A stretch of 21,494 nucleotides of DNA, from IMG/VR virus record IMGVR_UViG_3300037420_001897; one strand, 5' to 3'. Source of the stretch: an uncultured virus (IMG/VR IMGVR_UViG_3300037420_001897) (Duplodnaviria > Heunggongvirae > Uroviricota > Caudoviricetes). Positions 1-8,255 of this stretch are shown here, piece by piece (the stretch's first letter is position 1; each line of letters begins with the position of its first letter). A program made the position numbers and the translations under genes. Below the pieces are notes generated by a model. That model searched no databases. It saw only the letters and a program-made list of their open reading frames with translations, and was not told the DNA's origin.

Positions 1-1106
1 GCGCGGCGCTCTTCGATGGCTTCGGCGCGGCTCGCCGCGGCCCGGTTCAGCCCGTCGCACAGCGCCTTCTGGGTGGTCTCGGCATGGGCCGCCATGGCGC
101 GCGCGCATTCCCGCAGGCGCATGTCCTCGCCGCAGACCAGGTCGAGCACCCTGCGCTGGCGCGGACTAAGTTCGCGGCGGAAGTCGGCGAGCTTCTCGCC
201 CGCCTCCTGGACGCGTGGCTGCGGCGCCTTGGGCCCGGCGCAGCCGCCGCCCTCCCCCTCACCGCTGGCCGCGCCTTCGACGATCTCGTAGGCCATGCGG
301 TAGTCGACCCCGATGGCGTGCAGCCGCTCGGCGTCTCGCCACGACGCCCCCAGGTACCCGGCGTCCTTGGCGTGCTCGATGCCGGTCAGCTTCCTGGCCC
401 GCAGGCCGGAGCTGTAGGCCATGACGGGCCGGTCGACCCATTGGCCGCCCAGCTTCACCCGCTCCATGACGCGGGCTCCATAGGCGTCCCGCAGGAAGTC
501 GGCGGTCTGGGCCTGGTAGGCCGTCACGTCATCGCCCCGCTCGGCGGCGAGCAGGATCGTCTCCTTGGCGTCGCCGTAGAGCTTGTCCTGGTCGGCCTCC
601 TCCCGGCTGATCTTGGCCAGCTCGGCGGTCAGGTCGGTGATGCGCTGCTGCGCCACCTTCGCCGCCTTGCGCCGCTGCTTGTCCGACAGCCCCGGCGGAT
701 CGGCCAACTCGGCGCGCGCCGCGGCCAACTTGGCCTGCACCTTGCCGATCCGCGCCACGAAGGCCGGATCGCGCAGCGGCGCAGAGATCTGGGACGCGCG
801 GATCGACTGCTCCAGCAGGCGCCGGCGCTTGGCCTCGCTGCCCTCGGCCGCGGTGAAGGCGCGGCGCTCGATGGCGGCGCGGTGCTGGTCCTTCACGCCC
901 ATGCGGCGCTCCAGCCGCTCGATCCACGCCGGGAGGATGGCGGGTTCGGGCTCGAGCGCGATCGCCGCGGCGAACTCGGGCCAGGCGGCGGCCGTGACGC
1001 GGCCCTGCGGCAGGACCAGGGGCGCGCCGCCCAGCAGGACCAGGCCGGGCGGCTTGGGCTGGCGTGGCTGGGCCTTGGCCCGGGGTTTTACGCGGGTCTC
1101 AGGCAC
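1..1106 (-). CDS. Putative late-gene regulator/antiterminator (Q position) with C-terminal sigma70-r4/DUF6456-like HTH; 3' end runs off the window
   Basis: Not in the ORF track; translated by hand. GTG at 1106 with GGAG upstream, open to position 1: MPETRVKPRAK...LSPRQRRVLDLVCGEDMRLRECARAMAAHAETTQKALCDGLNRAA. Lies at the distal end of the replication operon. Confidence 0.65.
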   Translation of the reverse strand, partial: MPETRVKPRAKAQPRQPKPPGLVLLGGAPLVLPQGRVTAAAWPEFAAAIALEPEPAILPAWIERLERRMGVKDQHRAAIERRAFTAAEGSEAKRRRLLEQSIRASQISAPLRDPAFVARIGKVQAKLAAARAELADPPGLSDKQRRKAAKVAQQRITDLTAELAKISREEADQDKLYGDAKETILLAAERGDDVTAYQAQTADFLRDAYGARVMERVKLGGQWVDRPVMAYSSGLRARKLTGIEHAKDAGYLGASWRDAERLHAIGVDYRMAYEIVEGAASGEGEGGGCAGPKAPQPRVQEAGEKLADFRRELSPRQRRVLDLVCGEDMRLRECARAMAAHAETTQKALCDGLNRAAASRAEAIEERR

Positions 1107-1323
1107 CGGTCGTCTCCATGGGCTTGCGATAGGTGGTGGCGGCCTTCAGCAGCCGGTTGTAGGCGGCGCGGAACGCCTCGACCTTGGCGTCCCACTCGGC
1201 GCCGGCCATCGCGCCGTCGTGGTGGCGCATCGCCTCGTCGGCCTCGGCAAGCGCGACGACCAGCTGGCGGCACGCCGCGGCGTCGGCCTGGGCGAGACTG
1301 AGGGCGGATCTACGCTTGGACAC
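1099..1323 (-). CDS. Small helical hypothetical protein (74 aa)
   Basis: GTG start with AGGGGG upstream; fills the gap between the AAA gene and the Q-like gene, overlapping the latter by 8 nt. Confidence 0.65.
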   Translation of the reverse strand: MSKRRSALSLAQADAAACRQLVVALAEADEAMRHHDGAMAGAEWDAKVEAFRAAYNRLLKAATTYRKPMETTGA

Positions 1324-1347
1324 TGGGGCTCCCCCTGGACGTCTGGA

Positions 1348-2556
1348 TCATGCCGCCCTGGCCAGGAGGCGATTCTGAAGCTCGGCCTGAGTCAGCGGCA
1401 GTTCGGGCCCCACCTCGGCGAGGAAGCCGGCGGGGTCTTCGTCGGGCCAGAACCGGCGGAACATGGCGGCGACCTCCCCCTCGCCGGCCGGGCCGAAGTG
1501 GCAGCGCAGGTCTACACGGCCGGGCCGGATCAGGGCCGGGTCGAGCCGGTCGGGGTGGTTGGACGTGATGATCAGGATCCGGCCGTCACGCGCCGCGACC
1601 CCGTCAATGGCGTTGAGCAGCCCGGACGTCGTGATGCCGGTCTGGGTCTTGTCGGCCGTGTCGCTAGCCGCGCCGGGCGAGACGGAGCGGGCGAGTGGTG
1701 TCGACACCCGCTTCTGGCTGCGGTCCACGGCGTCGATGTCCTCGATCAGCACGACGCCGGAACCGGCCTGGTTGATCGCGGTCTGCAGCTCGTTGTCGTC
1801 GCTGACCGTGGCCGGGTTGACGATGTGGATCGGGCGGCGAAGCGCGCCGGCCAGGGCCAGGGCCATGGTCGACTTGCCCGTGCCTGGCGGCCCCTCGAAC
1901 AGGTAGCCGCGGCGGTGCGGAATGCCCCGCTCGACATACCAGGCCCGCCGCGCCACGAAGCGCTCAGCATCGGCGACGATGCGCTCGCGGAGGCCTGGGG
2001 CGAGGTACACGGTTTCGAGGGCCCGCCGCGGCCGGCGCTCGATCAGCGAATAGCCCCCGCCCGACCAGAGATGCACCGGCACCACGTCGCGGTCCTGGAC
2101 CGACCTGGCCTCGGCCAGGATCCGCACCAGCAGCGAGCGATCTCGGCCCAGCGTGGTCAGGGTGATCGTCTGGCGCCGCGGCCCGAACCCGCTCCCGCCG
2201 CCGGCCGGCTCCGGCGTCGACTTGTTCGCCAGGATGGGCCGGCCGGCTTCCCACAGCAGGTGCGGCCCTTCGCCGGCCGTCAACTGCAGCTGCGTCTCCG
2301 CGGCGAGCTGGTCCCACGTCTCCACCAGGGCAAGGCGCCGCGACGACTGGGTCGATGGGTGCTGGCCCAGCCAGAGCTCGATCTTCCGGAACGCCTCCTG
2401 CTCCGAGTAGACCGTCAGGGTCGCGGTGAACTGCGACTTGGCGAGGTTCAGCAGGTGCTGCGGCACGGCGCGCAACTGGAAGAGCGCGGCCGAGACGATG
2501 GCGGCGCCCGCCACGCCGGCGAAGACCTGGTTTTCGATGAGGGCGGCGAGGTTCAT
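1348..2556 (-). CDS. BCS1-like AAA+ ATPase with N-terminal membrane anchor (402 aa)
   Basis: ATG 2556 overlaps the upstream stop (ATGA). Hydrophobic N-terminus, BCS1_N-like segment (TITLTTLGRDRSLL), WYVERGIPHRRGYLFEGPPGTGKST Walker A, VLIEDID Walker B, SGLLNAIDG, TSNHPDRLDPALIRPGRVD SRH. Confidence 0.88.
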   Translation of the reverse strand: MNLAALIENQVFAGVAGAAIVSAALFQLRAVPQHLLNLAKSQFTATLTVYSEQEAFRKIELWLGQHPSTQSSRRLALVETWDQLAAETQLQLTAGEGPHLLWEAGRPILANKSTPEPAGGGSGFGPRRQTITLTTLGRDRSLLVRILAEARSVQDRDVVPVHLWSGGGYSLIERRPRRALETVYLAPGLRERIVADAERFVARRAWYVERGIPHRRGYLFEGPPGTGKSTMALALAGALRRPIHIVNPATVSDDNELQTAINQAGSGVVLIEDIDAVDRSQKRVSTPLARSVSPGAASDTADKTQTGITTSGLLNAIDGVAARDGRILIITSNHPDRLDPALIRPGRVDLRCHFGPAGEGEVAAMFRRFWPDEDPAGFLAEVGPELPLTQAELQNRLLARAA

Positions 2557-3665
2557 GCGGCGCGCTCCAAGAGCTGGATTCCGCGGTTGGCGAACTCGGC
2601 GCCCAGGTCGCCCCGCAGCCGGGCGATGCAGGTCGGGCCGCCGACGATGGCGCGGGGAATGTCGGTCCAGGTGCAGTCGGCGAGCCAGGTGCGGGCGTAG
2701 GCCTCGCTGCGCACTGCGGTGACGAGCGTCCAGACCTCTGCCGGGCCGAGCCATCTCGCCGTCTTGGCCGGAGCCGTCGCCAGATAGGCCTCGAAGCCGC
2801 GGTCGCGCAGCCAGCGGTGGAATGCCTTGGCGGTCTCCCGCGGCGCCTTCGCCAGCCGGGCCATGTGCTCCCCGACGACGGCCAGCAGCCGGTCCTCGCC
2901 GCCGGCGTCGGTCGCCGCCCCTGGCCACTCGCCCCAGGCCGGCCCCTTGCCGCGGTTTCCGGGTCGGTCGGCATGCCACAGCGACCAGGCCTTCTCGAAC
3001 GCCGCACTGGTCGCTTGCCCCCCGGCAGGGGGGATGGGGGGTTCTTCTAGATTCCCTTTCCCTGTCCCTTTCTCTTGCGATCCCGACGGGACATTTGGGG
3101 CGTCCCGACGGGATGTCTTTTCTGTCCCGTCGGCATTCCCGCCGACATCGGGGTCGGAGGCGCTTTTCGCGCGTCGCCGCTCCAGCTTCTCAAGCGCCTT
3201 CGACTTCGGGTTCAACGCCGTAAGGAGGCTGGCCGTGCGATCGATCTCGGCCTCGATGGGGCGCGGATCGAACTCGACTTTCCAGCGCTTGGCGTTGCCG
3301 GCGCCGCTCGACAGGCGCTGGGCGAGCTTCTCCAACCATGCCTCGAGCGCGAACTCCGCGACGGTCTCATGGTAGAGCCGGCCATCATCGCAAAGGGTCC
3401 AGCCGCGCAGCGCCTCGTCCTTCACCTTGCGCCACGTCCGGATGTCCCGGCCAAGGCCGGCCGCCTTGGTCAGCTCGACGTCGTTGTCCGGCAGGGATGC
3501 TGCCGGGACCTGGTGCCAGGAGGTGAGCCACAGGTTGAAGCCAGCGCGCCAGGCGCTGTCGTTCATGATCGCGTCGAATCCAGATCCGCGCAGCCGGGGG
3601 ATGTCGATCATCATCCGCTGGAAGTCGGTCAGGTCGCAGTCGGGCGGGGTAAGCGGCGCAGTCAC
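2553..3665 (-). CDS. Phage replication initiator, DUF1376/YdaU family
   Basis: PLTPPDCDLTDF...LWLTSWHQVPAASLPDND...GWTLCDDGRLYH signature; adjacent to dnaB; internal iterons. Start uncertain (GTG 3665 with GAGAGG upstream, or ATG 3695). Confidence 0.82.
   Translation of the reverse strand: MTAPLTPPDCDLTDFQRMMIDIPRLRGSGFDAIMNDSAWRAGFNLWLTSWHQVPAASLPDNDVELTKAAGLGRDIRTWRKVKDEALRGWTLCDDGRLYHETVAEFALEAWLEKLAQRLSSGAGNAKRWKVEFDPRPIEAEIDRTASLLTALNPKSKALEKLERRRAKSASDPDVGGNADGTEKTSRRDAPNVPSGSQEKGTGKGNLEEPPIPPAGGQATSAAFEKAWSLWHADRPGNRGKGPAWGEWPGAATDAGGEDRLLAVVGEHMARLAKAPRETAKAFHRWLRDRGFEAYLATAPAKTARWLGPAEVWTLVTAVRSEAYARTWLADCTWTDIPRAIVGGPTCIARLRGDLGAEFANRGIQLLERAA
3018..3147. repeat. Putative phage replication origin: iterons plus pyrimidine-rich tract inside the initiator gene
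   Basis: TCCCGACGGGA at 3081 and 3103, TCCCGTCGGCA at 3125 (22 bp period), TCCCGCCGACA at 3137; T/C-rich tract ~3041-3076; C6-GGCA-G6 inverted repeat 3018-3033. Confidence 0.7.
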
Positions 3666-3681
3666 TGGTCGGCCTCTCGGA

Positions 3682-5250
3682 TCATGCGCCAGCATCCTCA
3701 ACCTCCGCGGCGCTGTAGCGCGGCTGGCTCGGGTCGAAGAGCGGCGCGGCGCGGGCGCCCCGGTCGCCGAAGCCGTCTCGCGCCAGGTTGCCGAACTTGG
3801 TCAGCGCCTCGTTGAATGACAGCTTCACGGTGCCGATGGGGCCATGGCGCTGCTTGCCGATGATGAGGTCCGCCAGGCCGCGGCACGTATCCATCTTGTC
3901 GCGCCAGTTGGCGTGCTCCGCCGTGTCCTCGCGCGGCTCGAGCCGGCTGAGGTAGTAGGCCTCGCGGTACAGGAACATGACCATGTCCGCGTCCTGCTCG
4001 ATCGAGCCCGACTCCCGCAGGTCCGCCAGCTGGGGCTTCTTGTCCTCGCGGTTCTCGACCTGCCGGCTGAGCTGGGAGAGCGCCAAGACCGGGACGTTCA
4101 GTTCCTTGGCCAGCGCCTTCAGGCCCACGGTGATCGCCGAGACCTCCTGGACGCGGTTCTCCGGACGCGAGGCGGTCAGCCCGAGCGTGACGAGCTGCAG
4201 GTAGTCGACAATGACGAGGTCGAGGCCGTGGCGGCGTTTCATCCGGCGGGCCCGGGCACAGAGCTTGGCGAGGGTCAGGCCCCCCGTGGCGTCGATGTAG
4301 AGCGGCGCCTCTTCGATCTCGAGGGCCGCGTCGCGCACCCTGCCGAACTCGTCAGGCCGCAGCTCGCCCTTGCGCAGGCGGTCGCTGCTGATGCCGCTCG
4401 CTTCGGCCAGGAGGCGCATGGCGAGCTGTGCGCGCGACATCTCCAGGGAGAAGAACGCCACCCGCCCGCCGCGGATGGTCTTGTGCGACCCGTCGGGCTG
4501 CGGCTCCCAGGCGTAGCTGCGGGCGACATCGAAAGCGATGTTGCAGGCGAGCGACGTCTTCCCCATTGAGGGGCGCGCGGCGAGGATCATCAGGTCCGAC
4601 CGGTGCATGCCGCCGATCTTGTGGTCGAGATCCAGGAGGCCGGTGGAGAGCCCGGCGAGGCCTCCGTCCCGTTGATGGGCCTCGGCGGCCATCTCGACGG
4701 CTTCGCGCAGGGCCTCGGCGAAGGGCGTCAGGCCCTCGCTCGTCGCGCCGGTCTCGACCAGGCCATAGAGCGCCGACTCAGCCGCTTCGACCTGCTCACG
4801 GCCGCTCAGGTCGTCCTCGTTCAGCCGGGCGCCGCGGGCGATGTCGGCCGAGATGGTGATCAGGTTGCGACGGATGGCCAGGTCGTAGACTTCGCGCGCG
4901 TAGTCGGGCGCGTTGGAGATGGGCGGGGCCCGGTCGATCAGGTCGGCGAGGTAGCGTACCCCGCCCAGCCCCTCGAAGCCCGGGTCGTTGGGGAAGGCCT
5001 CCATCATCAGGATGGGATCGGCCAACTGGCCCTTGCGCAGCGTGGCCTCGATCTTCTCGAACAGGCGCTGATGGAACGGCTCGTAGAAGTGCTGCGGCCT
5101 CAGGTAGTCGCCGAGGCGCTCGTAGGCGGCGTTGTCGTAGAGGAGGACGCCAAGCAGGGCCTGCTCCGCCTCGACGTTCGCCGGCAGGCGCCCGACCTCG
5201 GCGTTTTCGGGGGGCGGGCGCAGGTCCAGGGCCGGGACGAGGGCTCTCAT
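3682..5250 (-). CDS. dnaB: Replicative DNA helicase DnaB
   Basis: LPANVEAEQALLG, AARPSMGKT, FFSLEMS, IVDYLQL, LSQLSRQVE, LADLRESGSIEQDAD, KQRHGPIGTV; ATG 5250 with GGAGAGG upstream. Confidence 0.97.
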   Translation of the reverse strand: MRALVPALDLRPPPENAEVGRLPANVEAEQALLGVLLYDNAAYERLGDYLRPQHFYEPFHQRLFEKIEATLRKGQLADPILMMEAFPNDPGFEGLGGVRYLADLIDRAPPISNAPDYAREVYDLAIRRNLITISADIARGARLNEDDLSGREQVEAAESALYGLVETGATSEGLTPFAEALREAVEMAAEAHQRDGGLAGLSTGLLDLDHKIGGMHRSDLMILAARPSMGKTSLACNIAFDVARSYAWEPQPDGSHKTIRGGRVAFFSLEMSRAQLAMRLLAEASGISSDRLRKGELRPDEFGRVRDAALEIEEAPLYIDATGGLTLAKLCARARRMKRRHGLDLVIVDYLQLVTLGLTASRPENRVQEVSAITVGLKALAKELNVPVLALSQLSRQVENREDKKPQLADLRESGSIEQDADMVMFLYREAYYLSRLEPREDTAEHANWRDKMDTCRGLADLIIGKQRHGPIGTVKLSFNEALTKFGNLARDGFGDRGARAAPLFDPSQPRYSAAEVEDAGA

Positions 5251-5251
5251 G

Positions 5252-5662
5252 CTACGCCGCCTCTCCATCGGTGATGATCTCGTTGCCGGCCCGGCGGCGC
5301 TGGGCGACGGCCTGAGCCACGGCTTCGCGGGTGGTGCGCGCCTCGAACTCGCTCAGGACGTCGCCGAGCCACGCCTCGCCGTATCGGGCCGCGGCGCGGT
5401 CGCGGCCTTCATCCCCGAAGCTCCACAGCCCAGTCGGCACGACCGCCGGCCTGCCGCCGGTGTACGGGAGCAGCGTCTCGATATCCGATGCGTCGAGGTA
5501 GATGACGCCCCGATAGAACGGCGCGTGCGTGGCGATCTGGACGCCGGCGCGCTCCTCGTCGGTGAGGCAAGACCAGCACCGCTCGCAGAACGGCACTTCT
5601 TTCTTGGCTCTCCGGTAGCAGTTCGGGACGCAGCACGGGTCACCGCCGAAGTTACGCCGCAT
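5252..5662 (-). CDS. Hypothetical protein with N-terminal Cys cluster (possible Zn finger)
   Basis: CCVPNC...FCERCWSC; GGAGG upstream; tight packing in the operon. Confidence 0.65.
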   Translation of the reverse strand: MRRNFGGDPCCVPNCYRRAKKEVPFCERCWSCLTDEERAGVQIATHAPFYRGVIYLDASDIETLLPYTGGRPAVVPTGLWSFGDEGRDRAAARYGEAWLGDVLSEFEARTTREAVAQAVAQRRRAGNEIITDGEAA

Positions 5663-6350
5663 CGGCCACCTCCCACGGGATCGGCGCGTCGGCTCTCGCG
5701 AACTGGCGCGCGCGCAGGCCGCGGCAGACCGCCCGGCGGATTTCGCGGCCGCTCATGTGCTCCACCGCGATCCGGGTCATCTGCCATCGGCTGAGGCCCT
5801 TCTCGGCGCCGGGGAGCGTGGCGCCGCCGAAGAAGGCGCCGATAGCGGCCCGCATCTCCTCGGCCCACAGCAGGTCGAACAGGGCGTGGGGCGAGGGTGT
5901 CGTCTCGAACTGGCCCGATGCGCCTTCGCGCCCGTTGAACGTCGAGACGAGATAGCCCGACGGCTCCTTGCTCGGCTCGGTCCACAGCTTCACGCCGTAG
6001 AAGAACCGGCCCTCGTCGCGCGCCTCGGCGTCGTCCCACAGCTGGGCATGCCGGCGCCAGTGCCGGCCCGCCGTCTTCACCGGCTCCACGTGCTCCTCGG
6101 CGACCACGAGCCAGACCTCGGAGGCGACGGTCAGCGCCTTGCCGAGCTGCTTCTCCGCCCGCTTCAGCACGTCGCGCTCCGACTTGATCTCGGCGAGGAC
6201 GAGGCGGTCCTCGGTGATGCAGGCCAGGTCCAGGCGATGCTCGCCCTGGCCGCACTGCAGCTCGTGCACGATGCGCCCGGTGGGCCAGTACATCCGCATC
6301 TGGCGTTCGGTCTTGGCGCGGATGCGCGCCTCGGCGACGGATGCTGTCAT
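5652..6350 (-). CDS. PD-(D/E)XK nuclease-fold protein, sce7726/MmcB-like
   Basis: HEL...RLDLACI...LAEIKSERDVLKRAEKQ...VWLVV pattern; ATGA-coupled start. Confidence 0.72.
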   Translation of the reverse strand: MTASVAEARIRAKTERQMRMYWPTGRIVHELQCGQGEHRLDLACITEDRLVLAEIKSERDVLKRAEKQLGKALTVASEVWLVVAEEHVEPVKTAGRHWRRHAQLWDDAEARDEGRFFYGVKLWTEPSKEPSGYLVSTFNGREGASGQFETTPSPHALFDLLWAEEMRAAIGAFFGGATLPGAEKGLSRWQMTRIAVEHMSGREIRRAVCRGLRARQFARADAPIPWEVADAA

Positions 6351-6994
6351 GCCGCCCTCCTCCGCGGGGAGAGCAGCGAAGGCTGACGGCGCGCGGCCTC
6401 CAGCAGCGGCAGGGTCTTCGCGAACCGCGTCGCGCTGGAACCGTCGATGGAGGTTGCGCCGGCGTCATGCGCCATGCGGAAGCGGCGAGCCGTGTTCACA
6501 CGCGCGACGTGGTACCAGCAGCCCCAGTCGGCGCAGGCCGCACCCCAAAGCGCCATCCGGGCCAGCTTCCAGTCGGTGGAGCCGCCGAGGAAGATGCCCA
6601 CCCGCGGGCCGACGTACGGCGCGAGGTCTGCAGGGTCCATGCCGTCCTGCACAGCAATGAGGACCAGGTCACACATGGCCATGGCCCGGTTCATCCAACG
6701 CAGCGACAAGTCGAGCGAGGTGCGGCCGCCGGCGACTATGTCGGGCAGCACGACCCAGTCGGCGCCCCCCCCCAGCCGCTCCAGGAGACCGTCGAAGGCC
6801 TCATCGTCGAAGGCGCCGCCAGCCTGGAAATCAGACCACGCGCCGTTGTCGAGGCAGTAGCGGAAGCCCTCGGTCCGCCACACGCCGGCGCGCGAGACGA
6901 GGAGGCGCCAGAAATCGAATCCGAGAGCGGTGTTGACCGCGCGCATGGCGTCGAGGTTTCGGCGCGTCCCGGTGCGGCTGGCGTACGCGATCAT
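6347..6994 (-). CDS. tRNA-guanine transglycosylase/DpdA-like TIM-barrel protein (215 aa)
   Basis: ATG 6994 (MIAYASRTG, ATGA-coupled). Ordered motifs CLDNGAWS, VVLPDIV, AVQDG, GIFLGGS, YHVARVN, SIDGSS parallel the TGT-fold DSGxF / D / QG / GG / HxxG / SxDSS motifs. Confidence 0.6.
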   Translation of the reverse strand: MIAYASRTGTRRNLDAMRAVNTALGFDFWRLLVSRAGVWRTEGFRYCLDNGAWSDFQAGGAFDDEAFDGLLERLGGGADWVVLPDIVAGGRTSLDLSLRWMNRAMAMCDLVLIAVQDGMDPADLAPYVGPRVGIFLGGSTDWKLARMALWGAACADWGCWYHVARVNTARRFRMAHDAGATSIDGSSATRFAKTLPLLEAARRQPSLLSPRRRAA

Positions 6995-7170
6995 CGGCGC
7001 AGCTCCAGCGTCTGGCCCTTGGTCGTGATCGCCGACAGTCGCCACTTGAAGGCGCCGGGCAGCTTCGCGCGGAGGCGGACCGTGGCGTACCTTGGGTGGC
7101 GGATCGTAATCGCGCCGCTGATGCCGAACTCGATCTCGGCGCCGTGAGGGACTGTGAACACGCACCTCAT
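6991..7170 (-). CDS. Small hypothetical protein (59 aa, MRCVFTVPHGAEIEFG...LELRR)
   Basis: Below the ORF-track cutoff; translated by hand; ATGA overlaps at both ends link it to the MTase and TGT-like genes. Confidence 0.7.
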   Translation of the reverse strand: MRCVFTVPHGAEIEFGISGAITIRHPRYATVRLRAKLPGAFKWRLSAITTKGQTLELRR

Positions 7171-8255
7171 GCAGCGACCCCGCCAAAGAGCGGCAGCCCG
7201 TCGGGCGCAGCGGCCGGCGGTCCCTCGACCTGGGCGAGTCCGGCGCGCAGGCGGCGGTCAGCCAAGGTCGCGTACTCCGGGTTCAGCTCGATGAGGATGG
7301 CGCTGCGGCCCAGGCGCGACGCGACCAGGCCGGTAGTCCCGGCGCCGCCGAACGGATCGAGCACCACACCCCCACTTGGGCAGCCGGCGAGAATGCAGGG
7401 CTCGACTAGCGCCGGCGGGAACGTGGCGAAGTGCGCCTCGGGGAATGGCTCCGTACCGATAGTCCAGACGGACCGCTTGTTGCGCCGGTCGACCACCAGC
7501 CCTGCAGTCGCATTGTTGAAGCTCTCGTTGTTCCGCGACCCCTTCGCGTTGGCCGCCGTCTTCGGCGCCTTCACCACAGCCTTCATCGTTTTTTGGCCGC
7601 CGTGCGTGCGGCTCGACCCGATCTGCTCGGCAACGTTCTGAGCGACCCGCGCGTGGGTGCCCGGACTGCACGGCTCGCTGATCGCATCAGCGTCGAAGTG
7701 GTAGCGCCGAGCCTTCGAGAACAGGAAGACATACTCGTGCGCCTTGGTGCATCGGTCTCTGATGCTCTCGGGCAGCGGGTTCGGCTTGTGCCAGATGATG
7801 TCTTGTCGCAGCCACCAGCCGTCGGCCTGAAGAGCAAAGGCCACGCGCCAGGGAATGCCGATCATGTCCTTCGGCTTGAGGCCTGCCTCACGGATGGCGC
7901 CGGTCTGCCTTCCCCGCTTTGGGTGGTTCACGATGGAGTTGCGCGAAATCTCGCCCGGCGTGACCCGCTTGCCCTGGGCACCCCAGGATCCGGCGTAGCT
8001 GTCGCCCAGGTTCAGCCACAGCGTGCCCGAGCGCTTCAGAACCCGGCGGACTTCTCGGAAGACGGCGACCAGGCGCTCGACGAACTCGGCCGGCGATTCC
8101 TCCAGCCCGATCTCTCGCGCCTTATCGGCGTGGCCGTCCGGCAGGTAGGAGCGCAGAGCGTAGTACGGCGGCGAGGTGCACACCATGTCGACGCTGTCGT
8201 CGTCGAGAGAGCGCAGCTGCTCCAGCGCGTCGCCGGTGAGAATGCGGACCGTCAT
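7167..8255 (-). CDS. Beta-class DNA amino-methyltransferase (m4C/m6A, N6_N4_Mtase family)
   Basis: ATG 8255 coupled; GDALEQL, TSPPY catalytic motif before VLDPFGGAGTT SAM-binding motif; RQDIIWHKPNP; HFATFPPALVEPCILAG. Confidence 0.93.
   Translation of the reverse strand: MTVRILTGDALEQLRSLDDDSVDMVCTSPPYYALRSYLPDGHADKAREIGLEESPAEFVERLVAVFREVRRVLKRSGTLWLNLGDSYAGSWGAQGKRVTPGEISRNSIVNHPKRGRQTGAIREAGLKPKDMIGIPWRVAFALQADGWWLRQDIIWHKPNPLPESIRDRCTKAHEYVFLFSKARRYHFDADAISEPCSPGTHARVAQNVAEQIGSSRTHGGQKTMKAVVKAPKTAANAKGSRNNESFNNATAGLVVDRRNKRSVWTIGTEPFPEAHFATFPPALVEPCILAGCPSGGVVLDPFGGAGTTGLVASRLGRSAILIELNPEYATLADRRLRAGLAQVEGPPAAAPDGLPLFGGVAA

Noticed and set aside
2557..2979. ORF-track N-terminal extensions (AAA from 2979; likewise MTase 8456, LexA-like 14468, GP88-like 13189, cI 17791)
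   Set aside because: They overlap neighbouring genes; internal starts match the stop/start coupling or the domain boundaries
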